Positions 13,901 to 27,776 of a DNA stretch of 64,000 nt are shown here, one piece after another; positions within the stretch are counted from its first letter, which is position 1, and each line of letters begins with the position of its first letter. A program made the translations under genes and the position numbers. The DNA lies in contig JBHGNT010000013.1 in NCBI GenBank assembly GCA_043228905.1, positions 16,802,001 to 16,866,000 of the forward strand, read 5' to 3'. The notes below the pieces were generated by a model that saw only the letters and a program-made list of their open reading frames with translations, did no database searches and was not told the DNA's origin. The stretch is from Azolla caroliniana (Eukaryota; Plantae; Polypodiophyta).

Positions 13901-16900
13901 ATAAAACTAAAGTGATGGTGTTTAACACCACTCAAGCATGGGTAACAAGGTCAGAACCGGAATTCTTCATGGGAGAGGAAAAGGTGGAATACACATGCTC
14001 CTACACATACCTAGGAGTAACATTTATAGGACCTAGGTTCTCCTTACGGGAGGCTGCTTGTGGCCAACTCTTCTCTATGGAGTATAAATGTGGGGATCAA
14101 GTCTTAACAAGAGAAACCATCGGAAAGATTTAGGGCAACATTTAGTGTCAATGATTGCCCGCATGATAAGGAGCAAAGCACCGGTTCCCCATGATATAAT
14201 CCAGGCAGAGATGGGAGCAGCACCAAGACATTGTTCCGATCAGTGACATGTATCAAACATCTTTGGGAGCTCCCTAAACGAAGGTACCCAAGGTTGGCAC
14301 TTATGTCATCAAGACAACTGGCTGAAAATGGAGACATTCATTGTTGGTATGCTGAAATGCAGCAATGGTTTGAGTCAAATGGCATGAGTATAAGTGCACT
14401 ACCTCTGTTCCAATATAGCTGGGACTCTCCCCATCTAAATATGACCAAAGTGGAAAAGAATGGAGTGATCCCAACTGATATTATTAACTTGGAAAACAAG
14501 ATAGCATGAATCAGCCCCAAAATATCACTTGGTACGAAGATGGCCCACTACAAGACACACTTCTTACACACATCAGAGGATGGATTCATCATCAAGCCAC
14601 CTTATATTGCGCAGTTTGATAGGGTACAATGGTGCCTAGGACTTGTCTTGCTAGAACTCAAGAGACACAAGGAAAAGTTGTTGAAGGATAATAATACAAC
14701 CACACCAGCTCATCCACAAAGAACAATCACAACTTTCTTTAGCCCCATCACCCCTACTAATGCTACAAGTCAATCAAGGGATACACAAATGTTCAAGCTT
14801 GCAAAAGATAAAAAATGGAAAATTTGTAGCAGTGTATCTATATCAAAGATGGTGAGGAGAAAGAAGAGGCAATATTATGAAATGCAAGAAAAGAGGAAAA
14901 AGGAAATTATTAAAGTCCAGCAAAAGTTAGCATGGAGACAACTCAACGGCAAAAAAGGAAGATATAATTGGCAGATTCGTTGATAAAGAGATGGAACAAT
15001 ATTTACATAAGTTGTATATGCATTATGAGATAATGCCTATGACATTGAGTATGGAAACACCATTCAATGCATGTGTGTTCATTGAAGACTTTAATAGAGT
15101 GGCAAAAAATATGTCAAATGGCAAGGCAATGGATGCAACTTTAATGGCAAGTGAGCGCTTGAAATGGACAAGATAGCAAACTCGCCATGGATGGCAATTA
15201 TCATGGATCACGCTATCAAGTAAGGTTCAAACAAAATATAAGTACATACCTTTCTAGATAGGAGACCATCAAGCTCCTTTCGCATCATAAGAATGGTTTC
15301 AGAAAGATCTTTAGACATGTGAAATTCAAGCCCTCCATCTTGCATCACTAGATGACCACGCTGAGAATGAATAAGAAACGGGTTCAGTTAATGGAATGGC
15401 ATATTGTAAGAATGCTTAGAATATATGTTTCCCACATGCACAAAACAAGATAAATAACTTTGTGAAGATGTTAAGATTTGTACAGACCTTATGTACAAGA
15501 CTGAGCTTTCCACCAAACAGAAGCAGCATTGTATCTGAAATGGCTGTTGAATCCCTAATTATTACAGTCCCAGTCTTTACTTTCTCATTGAATACAAGCC
15601 AAGGACGAGGAATAGTTTTCATCTTGGAGAGCACAGAATTCTGCAGGAAATAGAAGTATCACATTAACCTCTTTATGTGTAGCTGAAGATCATCAAATTG
15701 AAAATTAAATAACATGGGCAGTTCTTACTTGATTCAGTAGCACCTCACCATCTTCAACTGTTTTGAAATGCATTGTTTTACTCTTTGCCTGGAGAGTCAG
15801 ATGAGAACAAATTAAGGAATTGATAATGTGAAGTTAAAAACTCATGTTTAAAATATCAACATGCTTTGAGAGAAACTCATGACAAGTAAAAAGCTTACCA
15901 ATACGGCTGCAACCCTAGGATACAGACCGGAGCAGATAACTCCACCTAAAAGCTCAAAACGGTTATAATCATTGTTCTCATTTGCTGTCCCATTCAAAAA
16001 ACCAGACTCCCTAATGAGATCCTTGAACTGTCTACGAAGGGAATGAATTGCCTCTAAAGTTTGGGGAGAAAGAAAATTGTTCCAGCAATAGTCTACTGCA
16101 GTGCCCTCCTTCTTTGCATCCAGCCAGCCATCATAAGCGTGAACATATGCCATATGATCACTACAATCATGTACCCCAAACTCAAACCGTTTTTGGTCTG
16201 CCATCTATAACACAAAAAGTACTTAGAACAAATCACAGGAAGGAAAGAAATAATAGTGAAGTCTTTTAGTACTCAAATACTGAATCTTCATATCTATAAT
16301 AATACAATTCTCCTTCTCAGGTCAACTAACATATTTTGAAAATCAGTATTCCTAGACATTATAATAGGAACAATATCCCATGCACTTGAATGATAAAAAA
16401 ACAGCAGATATTAATTCCATCTGGCATAAAAAGCATTGCAACTTGATCTGACAGACCAAGATATTAAAGATTATGGAAATTAGTTGAAACTTTACAGCAA
16501 CAAAAGGGATCATTTTAGCATAATAGACATTGTGAATTCAGGATGCACAGCCGTATCACAGATATTTTTTCTTCTTCTTTGCTGAAAGTAGGTGACCTAT
16601 GCTTTAGTCTCTACGAGTTAGACGAGTTTCAATGAATATCAAAATGTACAGAATTCTAATGATTCATAAACAATTCGACTCAATTTACCCTTGGAAAAGA
16701 AATAGCCTGTTACAATATGATACGTACTTACAAATTATAAATCCTCAAACCTTTTATATAAGGAAAATTTTACTCCAAAGGGAAGTTTGTTCTTTATGTA
16801 AAACTTTAAGACTACTCAATAAATTAGAATTGGATTTGGTTTCGACTCATACTTAGCATTAGTATTATTTGTAATAGTGCACCGATTGGCTACATTTCTA

Positions 16901-19900
16901 GCCGAAATGAAAACCAGGTATGTCTTGGTTTAAAAACATGGAATCCCTTAAAAAGGGCCAGATGAAATGGTTGTGTATCAAATATATAACAAGATTTTTC
17001 AATTATATACAAAACAGTAAGATCCTCTCAAGGACATGATATATCTCCTGTCAGAGGACAAACATGGCTAGCACCACACAAGCCATCAGTACCAATCTGA
17101 GTCCAAAGCTTTCAAAGTGCAATGGCCTTCAGTACTGGCACCTTATCCATGATCATAAGTGAGCTTAACATTCAAGGGGTCAGTCCCAAGTTGAGATGCA
17201 ACATAGAAAGCTATAACCGGTTGCCTATGTATTCTTGCAATCCTATCAATTCTGATTGAGCACCTTCTATGCCACATCTATCCCAGCCCACCTTTGTAAA
17301 AGAAAACTCTATAGGGAGATAAAATGATTGATCCCTTCAAGTCAGGCCCTACAAGTGATACATCTAATCTCCTAAGGTTGGACCCTTATATGAAAAGCCT
17401 ATCCAAAATTCCATCCTCAGATCCTAGAAATATGTGAATATGCTCCACTTCAAATCCTCCAAGACCGTATGTTCTCTGTCAGCCTATTCATTGCCATCTC
17501 ATGCAAGATTCTGGCACTAGAATTGTGACATGCTTTCCCATCATGTAACAAAACTCTTGGCTCTATCCAATTGCCAAAACAACATTATTTGAGGTCTCTT
17601 TCAAAATAGAAATTCCTGCAGTTTGATTAGATGGTATCCACACATCTCTGCCTAAAGGAGAACTGAAAACCTGACCAACCTTTGCAAGAGCAGACAATCC
17701 TTATTTTTGGTCTATTTTCATGATTGTTTCTAGACCTGCCACAGCTATATGTAATATAAACTACATGTGATCATCCATAAAAGAAAACCTCCAGAGTGCA
17801 TAATGCCGAAAAGTAATAAAAAGGAACAAAGGCAAAGACAAAAAGTGTAAAATGGTCTGAACCGATTCAATCAAAGCAGTACACTGTCAGAATTTTGATG
17901 TAGGACATGTTTAAGAAAGAGACTTGTTCACCATTGAGAATTTTCAACAAATGTGGAGTATAAGTCTCTATGAGAATGAATCGTTTTGCAGTATCTGAGC
18001 ACCGCCAGATCATGTTTCCTTATGCGCGATGAAAATTAGATTCTTCCTTTGTGTTGTGTTAATTTATAAACAATTTCTGAAGGCCTAATTTTCAGAAACA
18101 AGGTTACATGCGAAAAGAACCAAACCAGTTATGAATGTATTCAAGGCCTCGCTTGATACATGAGGGTATATGCAAAAAGAAGAAAACTAGTATGTGAATA
18201 TCAATAGGATCATTCCAATAGCAAAGTAGACAGTTGAGAATCTTACATCCCTCTTATCGATGGGAGAGACAAACGGATCTTTGAGACTTAGACCTGCAGC
18301 AATGGTCAAAACTGGTTCTAGACAACCCAGAATGGACCCCATTACAAGCATTTTGCCAATGGTTGGTTCCATCGGAAGCATTGAGAGATGACGTCCTTCA
18401 AAAAATGGAAATATAAAACCTCAGAACAAATGCACAGAAGTTCAAAGAATAAAGAGACAAAGTAATAACTTAAGATACCCAAATGTGAGAGCTCCTCATT
18501 GTCATCCAATGCGCCAATAGTTTTAAGCAAATGAATAGAATTTCTTACCTGTAGAAGCATTAACACAAAATATTTGGACAATCCTAGGCAAAATATTTCT
18601 AGTTGAAAGAGGCAAAAAAGATACACACCGATAAAGGTTCAGGCGGTTGCATGGCCTTGGAGAGGAATTCTTCAATGCTCCCTAGATTCAAGCTTTTTAT
18701 TTGCAAGCAGAGAGAATGAAGAGGAACTCTATGCAACTCTGGTAATTGATATTCAGCAAATGCATCAAACACAGCTTTGGGATAAATATGATAGGCCTCT
18801 CCGGGATGAACTCGACCAGCTCTACCCCGCCTCTACAAACAGCAGCAACAGATAAAATTGAAACCAAGCGCAGATTTTATCTACACATTAAAGGATTGTG
18901 TAAAATCTTCACGATGTCAGTCTATCATCGTTGACATGAAGAGTAGCAGATTGCGACTTGTTTACAAATTCATGCATCAATTTAAAAAGACTCTTGACAC
19001 TATTTCCACAATGCACATATAAAAAAGTTGATGAGGTTTCATGCTGATTTATAATACATCATTCTAGGTTCTGAGTTCAGGAGCTTTAAACCCTAACTTA
19101 CCAATTCTCAACCATCCTATCTCGAGGAGATATTCAAAGACAAGGATATTGACTACTCAAGAAATGAGCCACATCATGCCATTTAATGGCCAAAGTCTCC
19201 TATGTACACTGAGCCTGACCTATTATCAACCTATGCCTGGGATAGAAATTATTTGCATTCCATGTGGAGAATTTCAAATAAAAAGCAAGATACCGCTACT
19301 TCCCTCAAGAAATGAATCAGTGCCTGCCACTTGGTGGTGGTTGGGCCTTCGATGTTGAGCAAGCATGTGAGTGCATCCACTTTTCAATATACACCACAAG
19401 GTGATTCTGGAAAATTTACAGAAAATAATCTCTATTATACTACAGGCCACATATCACTTCTTCTGTTCCACATGCTGCATATTGAACCAAACCTCGTGGT
19501 CTCCCAACAATTGACATAGTCCTCTCAAATATGGTCTGATTTCCAAGTACTGTTATTGTAATGGAGATGCTAAAGTTGTCTATAAATTGTTCATATATGG
19601 GTCTTTATTTACTGGTCCATGCAATCAATTGACTCATGCAAGCTCCCATAATAGTAGTTGTCTCTCTTCGAACATGATAAATGTAATCCAGCATCCATGT
19701 ATTAAAATTATGAATGATAATTATATTCCTAAAAGTTAAATGCTGCTTCAAATTGCCAGCAATTGTTCTGCCACAGATATTAACTTGTAAGAGCATCAAA
19801 TTTTCAGAAGTAGCCACAATCTCGATTAAAAAGCAAAACCCTCTCACTAAAGAGGGTAAATGAGTCATTAGTGGCATCATCTGCTGTTCTTAATAATTTG

Positions 19901-22900
19901 TATCTTGTGAAGAACATAATATTAAACATAAAAGCAATTTCATATAGCAATCTCTACTATCTAGATCCCCAAAACCATGTTGTATATGTCCTAGGAAGGA
20001 CTAAGAAATGGAAGCCAAATAATGGAATGTAGAAATATCTAATTCAGACAACTTTTGACAAGGACAAGCAGAACTCACTTGACGAGCTGAAGCCTTAGAT
20101 ATCCAGGTAGGTAAAAGACAAGGTGTGTTGTTCAAGGCATCATATGAGGTTTCTTTTGCTTTTCCACAATCGACCACAAAAACGACATCATTGATCGTGA
20201 TACTTGTTTCTGCCATATTTGTTGCTAACACTATCTTACGGACATTCGGAGGAGGATGGTCAAATATCAATCTCTGCAACATAATTAAAAAGGCAAAATC
20301 AATCATCCTTAATCAATGAGATCATTCCAAAGAATAAGTGTGGCTAAAATACTTTGCATCCCTGTAGTTTTCATTAGTTCCCCCCTTGCCTCCATGTATA
20401 AGACAATGTAATAGACAGTCAACGATAAGGAGACATACCTGTTCTGCACTAGCCATACCCCCATGGCATGTTAAGACCAAAACCCTTCTTTTATCACCCA
20501 AAAAAGAATGTGACATAAGCTTCTCCTTGAGCGCGTTGATATCTTCCCACCCTGTCATGAACACAAGCACTGCACCAGGTCTCTCTTTGGTGCAGATATG
20601 GTAGAGCAGAGCTTCAACGAGGTTGAAACCTAAACTTTCAGGATCCCAGCGTGATAAAGAAAACCGTGTTTCATAACTGCAGCGGACAAAGCTTGCATCA
20701 ACAAGTGCATCCTGCGCAGTTTAATGTTGACTTCATTAAAGCATAAAAAAGAAAATGTGGAAAACCTAAAAAAGACGAGGAAAATAAGAGAACCAAATCC
20801 AAACAATAGAGGGTGTGTAATAAGGGCTTCTCAGTACTTACTTCAACTAAGCTATTTAGAGAGGTTTTCCGCTTTCGATTGTTTATCTGCTTATGCATTT
20901 TCCAGGATTTTCCATGCCCGTAGTCATCAATTTGATTGAACTCAGTCAATCTATGACCAGTCAGTTCCAGAATATCCTCTAAGAAATGAGATCTAACTGG
21001 ATAAGTGAAACCCTGAAATCACATTAAACAAGTAAGAAAATGTGTTTGTTGACAAATAATATTGACTTGACTTAAGAAAATCATCAAATCTGATATGGTT
21101 TAAAGAATCATTTGTAACACAACATTAAAGACTAAGGTGTCATTGCCATTTTCATTATGAATGGAAAAAAAGACCTTATTAATGTTTCCATAATCAAGTT
21201 TGTGATAATGAATGCAAAAAGCTATTATAAACAGACTGATGTGATGTGGGTGGTTAATATGCAACACAGATATGGAGCTTAATTGTATACTTTATCAATT
21301 AGTTGGGGTTAAATGTGAGCACTCTACTTCAAACATGTCATTTTGTTCTCTAGGTTTTTTTATAGATAGAAATATAATCAAGCGTCAGATCCTGCCCCTA
21401 CTGCAATTTGGCTCATTAAGGTACACAAAACACATGTGGTGTTCAGCCTAATGACAGGCACTATGTGCACAAACAGTAAAATCGAGCTCATAAACATTGA
21501 AACTTCACTTAATTTCCATTCAAACAAGGTCATGATGGTCCCAACCCATGCATAATACAAGTCCTTGACGCTATTTTTATGACATATACTTTACAATTCT
21601 TGTTATGTACATTTTCATGGTTGGAAAGGTTGAAAAAGTGCATACCGGTATATGACAAGTAGGCGCAGAATCAAAGTACTTAGAAAATAACTCAGCATTT
21701 AGTGTTGCACTCATCAATATCAACCTGAGATCTGGACGTCGTGGTAGAATATCTTTAAGGACAATCAGTAAAAAATCTGCAGAAGACATTGGAGTTAATA
21801 AAGTGGATTTTTGACAAAAACATTCACAATTTTTTTGAGAATTTAATCTTTCCACTAACCTTCATTCATGCCTCTTTCATGAATCTCATCCACTATGACA
21901 TGGGTAACTCCAGTTAGCATAGGATCCACCAGCAATCTTCTCAGTAGAATCCCTGTGGTACAAAAAAGTAGCCGTGTATCCCTGCCCCTAGTACCCTCTA
22001 ATCTGACTTTGTAGCCAACCTGAGTTAAACCACAATGAGCCATGCACAAATCTATGCAAAATCATCACAACGATATATCCATAACTCCATCTTACCGATT
22101 CACCTAATGGCTCTCCTCTCTCCGAAGCTACTCTTTCTGAAACTGCCATAGCAGAGATCCTCCGTGGTTGTGTACAAATGATACTACAGGATCCTCCTCT
22201 ACCAGCTTCAATTTCTGACTCCAAGATATACTGTGGAAGTTGTGTAGTCTTTCCACAGCCTGTCTCTCCTGAGACAACAAGCACCTAGACGTGACTAGCT
22301 GGTCAGTGCCTAGTAAATGAACTTGATGGAGAAAATATTTTAGTTCAAAGCATACCTGATTATTAGATATTGCTAAGAGTAAAGACTCCCGTTGTTTATA
22401 TGCTGGAAGGTTAGCTCTTAATGCCATCATCTTCTGACCATCTGGAGAATCCTGTAAACAGCAGAGTGTTTCAAGCCATTATTACTTATGAGTTAGCTAA
22501 TTTCTAGATTAGAAATGCATTAGATTTACCCGCCAAGCCTGCTGCTTCTCTTGAAGACTTTTGCTCCTTATCTGCAGGATATGTGGGGGCACAGGTAATC
22601 TCTCCAGAGAAAGATTAGCAGCCACTCCTATGGTTTCATTTAAGTGGGCTTTTTTTATCTCATTTCCATTTATCGAATTTGCATCCAAATGCTGCCCTAG
22701 AAGCCTGTCTACATCCCTGTGGATTGCAGGTGCTATCAAGACCTGGAAAGTACATTCACAGACTTGATACGCTTAATACTGACATTGAACCAAAGTTTCA
22801 ACCCTAAATACTAAATGGAAGAGATTAACCTTTCTCACTGGACGTTTTTGGTCCAACTCTGCCCTGTAGTTAGCCAAAGGTACTTTACTGAATGCCACAA

Positions 22901-25040
22901 CTTTTCCATACATTTGGCTGCAATGTCAAAGCTCCGAAATTAATTTCTGGTGTTATTTGATCATTTTGGAAATCTGCATAGAAATTATCTGTTATCCAAT
23001 ACCTGTGCAACCCAAATTGTTTGGCTAATTCAGACAGCCTTTTATAGTCCCTTCTATCTTTCTTTTCCATGGATAATATCTCTTCTTTGTTGGGATTCCT
23101 AAGAAATGCAATTAACCGTGTTCTCCACTCATCAACATTAGATACTGTCGATACCTGTACCAATAGCAAAAATTGACACTGTAACCAACTTTAAGAATTG
23201 TTCTTTACTTATGAGTTCCTATTTTACAATAAAATCTCCTTTGAGGTATAGGAAGTAGTGCTTGCTATTTTGGATATAAGAACGGAGTCTAGACACTCCT
23301 GCTCATACAGTATTACCTGTTGGTTGCTACACAGTTCACAAACTGTCTAGCATTGACCACTAATAATTTTCTTTGTGACAGAACCTGTCGCATATTTGCA
23401 CCTCCAGCTCTATAGCATAGAGCCTCCTTGCAACTAAAACTAAGAATATATAACTTGTTATTCAACATGTTTGTCACTTGATACCTTGGAAACTTGGAAA
23501 CCCCATTTCCTGTGGTGGCAACTATAATTCATGTAGTCAACAAATTTAGGATTTCCCTGTTGCCTGCTTGCTGATTTTCAGAATTCTGTTTTTTACTGAT
23601 AGCAGAGTTTATAAGATTAAGATATTTCAACAATAAACTTTACAGCTATTTGATAACTCTTCAGGTTTTCATTCTTGACCATCCAGCAGTATATTAATCA
23701 GAAGCCTATGTAGGTGGCTGACTGAGTATTTGTATATTACGATCATAATAGGCAGACAGTGTCACTAGTATACCACATTAAATTGAGATGAGATTGTACA
23801 ATTATGTCCACATAGCTTTAATCTTCTAAGAATCCTCATGATTTAATCATATTTCTCCATTAATATAAAGCAAAACTTACAAGGGCACTAGATGTTGGGA
23901 CCAATCAATGTCTTGTTTCACAGTCTCTCAAACTCTCTGTCTCTATCAATCAATGAATATGATTCATATTTAATATTGTATATATAATGGTCTTGAAGTT
24001 TGTGGCGGCAAGGTTATGTTTGTTGAGAGCATTGTTGCTAGCACAAAATGAAAACACTGACATTTTTTGTCAAAAAACTATAAAAATATTAGGAGATTAT
24101 AGTTTTGTAAGTTTAGCTTCACAGCCATCAGGTTTATACATTTGAATCTTCGAAAATTGCATGCACGATCTTATATAATGTACAAAGGCGGTGCCTTCAC
24201 ATTGTCCTTATTTATGGTTTGCAAATAATAGGCATGTTGTAATCTTTTCTATAGGAGTTTTGGACTGGAGAACAAACAGTATGTCTGTTCAATAAAATTT
24301 ATATTTTACGATGATGATGAAAACATGTAAACAACATTATTGATCATCTAATGTGCCATACTACATTGCATTGTACCGCCACTCTTAGCGTCTACTTTTA
24401 CTTCTATATACTTCTATATTGTGATTAAGATATAAGGGGGAATCTCTATATAATGAAAACCGCATTTAACATAAATGCTTGAATTCTACGTATGCACAAC
24501 ACAACGTTCGGTGAGTGAAAGAATGCGGCTTACTTTGTTCTTCCCACCCTCCTCTTCCGAGCTCTCGTCGTCTTCTTCCTCCTGTGCATAAGATACGGAA
24601 TGACGGAACCTAGCCCCATAGCGCAAAAGAAGGCTTCTGTCCCTATAACTGAGGTCTGCTTCTTTGGATGAACTAGGATAGGCCAACGCCCGAGCAGAGC
24701 AGTGTGCCACGTATCGGCCAACCAAAGGAGGTAAATACGACACCTTCAACGGAGCAGCAATCTGTAGCCTAGGCGTCCTGGGGGAGCGAAAGCTGTCGAA
24801 GAGCCGGAGCCGGCCGTAGCTTAATTGGGATAGAGAGCCGCGCCCACAGTGGAGCGCTCTGCAAAGAAAAGAAGCAGAAGGATCGCATCAACAGACCTCT
24901 CTCTATCTCACTCACTCACATGCATATATATATATATATATATATGATCGGTCACAGACAGAGCAGAGCAAGGCTATGGCCAACTGCGATACTCACTCGG
25001 CGAGAGCTCTGCCGCAGGTGTCGGGCGTGAGGAGCACCAT
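10905..25040 (-). CDS. DExH-box ATP-dependent RNA helicase (DHX36-like, plant DExH3/DExH5 type) with HA2, OB-fold and a C-terminal dsRNA-binding domain; probable organellar transit peptide
   Basis: Exon 1 has ATG at 25040 ([14 protein letters not shown]) and splices in frame to an R/S/L-rich exon 2. Motifs: SNVDEWR..., [68 protein letters not shown]2 ([11 protein letters not shown]), [10 protein letters not shown]. The last exon encodes a dsRBD ([10 protein letters not shown]...[16 protein letters not shown]). Splice sites checked were GT-AG. Confidence 0.95.
11380..15235 (+). mobile_element. Mosaic of decayed non-LTR retrotransposon fragments (APE endonuclease + RT; CR1/L2/RTEX-like) filling the last helicase intron, antisense to the host gene
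   Basis: Endonuclease end '[18 protein letters not shown]' (12325). RT C-terminus '[22 protein letters not shown]...[10 protein letters not shown]...YTYLGVTF' (13790-14030). Pre-RT '[19 protein letters not shown]' (15110). A similar 3' segment occurs twice (~12980-13110 and ~14620-14790). Confidence 0.85.
17050..17780 (-). mobile_element. Possible highly decayed LINE fragment in a helicase intron
   Basis: Coding-like composition and a weak zf-RVT-like residue pattern on the minus strand. No intact ORF. Confidence 0.3.
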
Positions 25041-25179
25041 GGCTGCTGAGGGGGACGGCGGTGGCAGAGAGCGAGCGGCTAAGTTGGGGGCCCTCCTTCC
25101 TACTGAGCTTCCATGAGAGCTTGGAAAACACAGGGGAGGAGGAGGGGGTCGGACGTGGAAGCTCTCCGGAACACTAATA

Positions 25180-25233
25180 TACATACATACATACATACAT
25201 ACATACATACATACATACATAATGAACCAAACA

Positions 25234-25277
<44 letters not shown>
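25180..25277 (+). repeat. (TACA)n and (CT)n microsatellites in the helicase promoter
   Basis: Directly visible. Confidence 0.95.
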
Positions 25278-25278
<1 letters not shown>

Positions 25279-26080
25279 ATTCTCTAGGTCAAAATCCCAT
25301 CCTTTCCCCATATGTCTAACTACCGCCAAATATTTATGAGGGCAAGTGAGGGAATCGCGGAGAGGGACGGTGCAGGTCGCTAGATGAGGGCGCGTGTGAT
25401 CTGCACCATCCAATGTGGATGAAGAAAAAGCGCGAAAAAGCACGCCATTCGAAGTTCTCTTTTTGGGGAGCCCGTCTCACTAAAGAAGGAGCCCGACTCA
25501 TTAGTTTGTGATGAGTATAAAAACCCATATACCTGTCATTTTTGCTTGTTTTCAAACAGGAAGCCAGAGGTTTAGGGTTTAGGCATCTTCAGCGAGGCGC
25601 ACCACCTGTTGTCCTAGTGTCTGCGAGCACCTGTTGTCCTGTTATCCAAAGGTATGTATCGCCAGACTTTGTGGAGGTTATACCTTCGAGTTTTGTGTTT
25701 GAAATCATATTTTCCTCGCAACTGGAATCCATATTATTATTGACCTCCATTGCATGCCAGAGTAAAAATCTTGATAAGATAATATGGAATCATATTTAGA
25801 AACTTGAAAGCTTAGGCCATCTGTATCTTACACTCGAGTTGGGTTGCACAAATTGGTGGTTTTTAAAGATGGCATGTGTTTTGTACAAATGGCTAGTCGG
25901 TCCAAGACCTTCATAGACTTTTATGCGGATTGGGGTGAAACAATACCCGATGAAGGGAGGTATGGCCTAAATCATTTCTCAACTATATATTGTGTATAAA
26001 TAGTGATGTTTGTGTGCTAACTTGAATGATGGTTTAGGGTTTTTGTAAGAAAGGGTGCTAAGTGCCCCAGATCCAATGAT

Positions 26081-27500
26081 ATGGATGTTGAAAACATCAT
26101 TACTGAAGACTCGAACATGGATACGAACCCCATACATGCAACGGGGCCAGATGTTGAAGCTATCAAACTAAATGGTGAGTTGATGTACTTTCTTGTAATC
26201 ATTATTGAAGTAAGTATATGTTGGTTTTTTCTTATGCAAATGTCACACCATTGTTGTAGTGGACCCTATGTCCCTCTTCAAGTGTGGAAGAGACTCGACA
26301 GGTATCAAATGTCGCACATGTATCGTTGGAGATTCATGTAGAAAATAGGTACGATGGTTTCGCAAAAAAGTTGACATGGAGGCTCACTTACAAAAGGCAC
26401 ATGGCATCCGTGTAATACTGCCTCGGGGGCTAAAGATAGAAAAAGAAGAGCAATCAACCTCCATGAGGAGCACAACCACATCATTCTTCAACCAATACGA
26501 AAGACAACGATCAATAAAGCGTTTTTTGGATCCGGAGCTAAAGTACAATAGAAAAAAGTGGACCCTAGTAAATTGTCGTTCATTACATCATCTGACACAA
26601 ATGAGGGTGCAGACATTGGGATTGTCTTTGTTGGTCCTGGGAAAATCACGAAAACATGGGATAACACAACAAGAAATAAGTTCACTAGGTATGTCGTTAT
26701 GGTGGGGGCATGAGATCAATAATTAACTTCATGTTTTTTTGTAGTTACTAATCTGGCCTAATAAACAGGTTTCAGGTGGCTTGCTGACGACTAGATGTAG
26801 CGGTCTTTTTTACGGAGGTAGAACTATGTTCGTTGTGCAATATAGGGGAGATAACATCCGCATGAATGATGACCCTCTTCCACTTATGGATGGAGTACTC
26901 GCTACCCCCCGAGATCAACAAGCGGTTTCATATTGTGGATCCACTATGGGTACAACTAGAAGGCCAAAGTGATAGGTAGAAGACATACTCACTCGGGTCC
27001 TTGAACAAGAATATGTCTTCATTCCAATATTGCACTCATGGCATTGGGTGCTTTGGATAAAGATGCGACAGGCTCCTACAGGTCTCCATGCCAAGGTGAG
27101 GAGCCCAATTGTTTTTTGCAATCCACTAAATAATCATCTGACTGCTGGCATGAAGACATTGGGTGATTTGGTTGTACGACATATCTCTAGCACCACACAC
27201 GACCATTGCATCATCAACAATGAGTGGTTCCATGTATTGCATATCCCACCCAACCTAATGGGACAGATTGTGGGTATTACGTGATGCAAACCATTCAAAT
27301 GTTGGTCGAGGAGTTCATTCAAGGATTTGAGTTCGATCAATTTGTAAGTATTTATGAGAATTGAATTTGAGCATTTGTTTTTGTAAGGGCTTAGGTTGGT
27401 GGCATCTTGTGGTGTAGGGTAAGGAGCAATGGTTTGGATTCGAAGACGTGGAGCTCCTTCGGAAAATCATGGCAAAATGGTCACGAAGCACTCTAGGCTT
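26081..27500 (+). pseudogene. Transposon-borne C2H2 zinc finger + Ulp1/C48 SUMO-protease-like gene, disrupted
   Basis: 'KCRTC...F RKKVDMEAHLQKAH' C2H2 finger (26307-26402, with an internal TAG). 'YVFIPILHSWHWVLWI' (catalytic His, 27012-27060). After a frameshift, 'PTQPNGTDCGYYVMQ' (catalytic Cys TGT at 27269). A last exon reads 'WFGFEDVELLRKIM'. The 5' boundary is approximate. Confidence 0.8.
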
Positions 27501-27563
27501 AGGGTTATTTTAATCACTAGCATGTTGTACTTTGCAACATCAAACATATGATCTCGATGTACT

Positions 27564-27776
27564 ATCTCATTTTGGTTGTACATGACTCAATGTGGACTCT
27601 ATCTGAATCTCATTTTGTAATATCAAATCAATATTTGAATCTCATATTGGTTGTATATGACTCAATTTGATGAACATTCTGGTTGTGAGTCTTATTATTT
27701 GAATCTCATTCTAGCTGTATATGACTCAATTTGAATCTCATTCTGGTTAGTGTGTGACTCAATGTGAATCTTATTC
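27564..27776 (+). repeat. Degenerate ~35-40 bp tandem repeat downstream of the Ulp1 gene inside the MULE
   Basis: About 5 copies of 'gaatctcatt(c/t)tggttgtatatgactcaat'. Confidence 0.8.

Noticed and set aside
25571-25583. TTTAGGG repeats as an interstitial telomere
   Set aside because: Fewer than two full units. At most a telo-box promoter motif.
26600-26690. 'LLVLGKSRKHGITQQEISSL' resembling a TFIIIC B-block winged helix (possible captured host fragment)
   Set aside because: Too short, the frame is uncertain in a decayed gene, and it cannot be supported without a profile search.
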